Source of the DNA: a virus
Strand: one strand, 5' to 3'
IMG/VR virus record: IMGVR_UViG_3300037140_000126
Span: 60,955-124,954 of that record
DNA: 64,000 nt
Shown here one piece after another: positions 62,665 to 64,000 of this stretch. Each line of letters begins with the position of its first letter. Position 1 is the first letter of the stretch. The translations under genes were made by a program, and so were the position numbers. A model generated the notes under the pieces. The model worked only from the letters and a program-made list of their open reading frames with translations, ran no database searches and was not told where the DNA came from.

Positions 62665-64000
62665 TCACTGGTATACCGCCCGGCAGAAACTCCCACGCTT
62701 CACGATCAGGTTATCCGCTCCGGTGGTCGTGTAGACGTAGACGCCAAACACTCCCGGCGTGGCGTTCGACGGCTGCTCAACCGCTCCATCGAGTTCAGCT
62801 TTCCAGATTGTAGTGATTGCGCTCGGGGTGAACGTAACAACCGCTGTCGGCGTGGTGGACGCCAATGATACCAGCGTGCCTGTAGTCGTAACAGTAGTGC
62901 TGGTATGGGCTGAAGCACCAGCATTTGCCGATGTGGGAGCGGTCCCTGTCACGCCAATCCCGATCTCGTCCACAACTGCCGTAGTTGCCTGATCGAATAG
63001 CAACGAGCAATGAAACGTCATGACGACGGCTTGGCTAACCGGCATCGTGAGCGAAAGGCCGGTAACGAGTTTTAAGGTGGTGCTGGTTGAGTCCGTGAAA
63101 TCGCTCGCCACGGTCAAGACTGCGGGAACTGGATGGAACGATTCCGTGCAAAGGGCAGAGGGACAAGCATCCGTCTGTCGATAGGAAGCAACGACCGGAG
63201 CCACGCCCGGACGCGCATTCTGATATGCCGTGACCGACGTAGGCGCGTAATCGACAATAGAGTTCGCCGGGAAATTCGTGTTCAGTGCCGTGACTGCCGT
63301 TCCTTGCGTGATGTATGTCAGGCCCGCCGTCGGCCCAGTGACAGCAACCACGCCCGCTTCGCCAGCGGGTCCAGAACCTCCGGTCCCGGCGATGCCAAGA
63401 GTTATGTTTAAGTTTCCGCCATCCCCGTTGTCGCCAGTTCCACCGCTGGCTCCACCTGCCCCGGTTGTGAGGTTTATAGAGCCTCCCGCGCCGCCAGTTG
63501 ATGACGTAGCGCCCGTTGCCGCGCCGCCAGCTCCTGCCACGATGGCTGGCGAACTGCCTACACCGCCAGTCCCGCTCGCGTTCGTGCTCGCTCCGCCGAT
63601 AACTCCACTCACGTTGAACAGGGTCGTCGCCGCTGTGCCGGGAGTCGTAGAGACAGACGCGGGCGCGGTGCCAGCAATCGTGAGTCCGCTGGTGGACGCG
63701 ACCGGATAGGTGAACGTCGCGTCGGCTGTGGGATCCGATAGGCCGGTACCGCTCTCGTCAAAGGAACTTCTTCTAATCGTGGACCATACCGAACCATTAC
63801 TTGTACAAAATACAACTGTCGAACCACCACCCACCGTGCAGTCTAATAGAGACGTTCCATCTGTTATCGTCGCAATTCCCCCCTCAACGGTGCTGGCGCT
63901 CGGCAGTCCGGACACAGTTGTTGGACTCAGGACAACTGGTTTAGTAAATGATTTAGTTGCTGTGATCGTCTGATTATCCTCAACCGTAACTGTCGTGTGC
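62665..64000 (-). CDS. Gly/Thr-rich tail-fibre-like protein (5' end beyond window)
   Basis: Frame open to the window edge (HTTVTVEDNQTITATKSF...); GGAGG repeats. Confidence 0.6.
   Translation of the reverse strand, partial: HTTVTVEDNQTITATKSFTKPVVLSPTTVSGLPSASTVEGGIATITDGTSLLDCTVGGGSTVVFCTSNGSVWSTIRRSSFDESGTGLSDPTADATFTYPVASTSGLTIAGTAPASVSTTPGTAATTLFNVSGVIGGASTNASGTGGVGSSPAIVAGAGGAATGATSSTGGAGGSINLTTGAGGASGGTGDNGDGGNLNITLGIAGTGGSGPAGEAGVVAVTGPTAGLTYITQGTAVTALNTNFPANSIVDYAPTSVTAYQNARPGVAPVVASYRQTDACPSALCTESFHPVPAVLTVASDFTDSTSTTLKLVTGLSLTMPVSQAVVMTFHCSLLFDQATTAVVDEIGIGVTGTAPTSANAGASAHTSTTVTTTGTLVSLASTTPTAVVTFTPSAITTIWKAELDGAVEQPSNATPGVFGVYVYTTTGADNLIVKRGSFCRAVYQ

Noticed and set aside
771-63973. 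Many plus-strand ORFs in the track, e.g. 6600-7298, 46032-46769, 44178-44858, 12983-13588
   Set aside because: Antisense shadows of well-supported minus-strand genes; no motifs or RBS; low-complexity mirror translations
1-64000. tRNA genes, integrase/att sites, reverse transcriptase or DGR
   Set aside because: No cloverleaf, recombinase or RT motifs recognised by eye; small elements could have been missed

Overview
64 kb of a large tailed-phage (or prophage) genome; essentially every credible gene is on the minus strand, and the plus-strand ORFs in the track look like shadows. It holds: (i) a head/neck/tail module (portal with a Gln-ending LAGLIDADG intein, prohead protease-scaffold, major capsid, neck genes, and a tail-tube-like gene split by an ORF-less group I intron); (ii) small early/regulatory genes under repeated sigma70-type promoters whose spacers carry a shared CAATATT-N5-AATATTG palindrome; (iii) terminase large subunit, GroES, a resolvase-like nuclease and an HNH nuclease; (iv) two sugar-nucleotide/glycosyltransferase clusters (RmlA, RmlB, Gmd, sugar C-methyltransferase, RGP-like protein, several GTs); (v) tail/receptor-type proteins, including a 1427-aa acidic Pro-rich repeat protein. 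The most striking feature is a family of about a dozen otherwise unrelated enzymes or toxin-like proteins (two ADP-ribosyltransferase-fold proteins, two zincin proteases, Zeta kinase, HAD phosphatase, pyrophosphatase, ParB-like, etc.). They share an ~11-aa N-terminal leader MNL-x-TTI-x-I-x-A, usually followed by GGPGSGC-x4/5-CGR or GT-x-EGV-x-K-x-WD-x-RGRGR. I infer a modular capsid-targeting and protease-processed cargo system. Family names are recalled from motifs; no searches were run.
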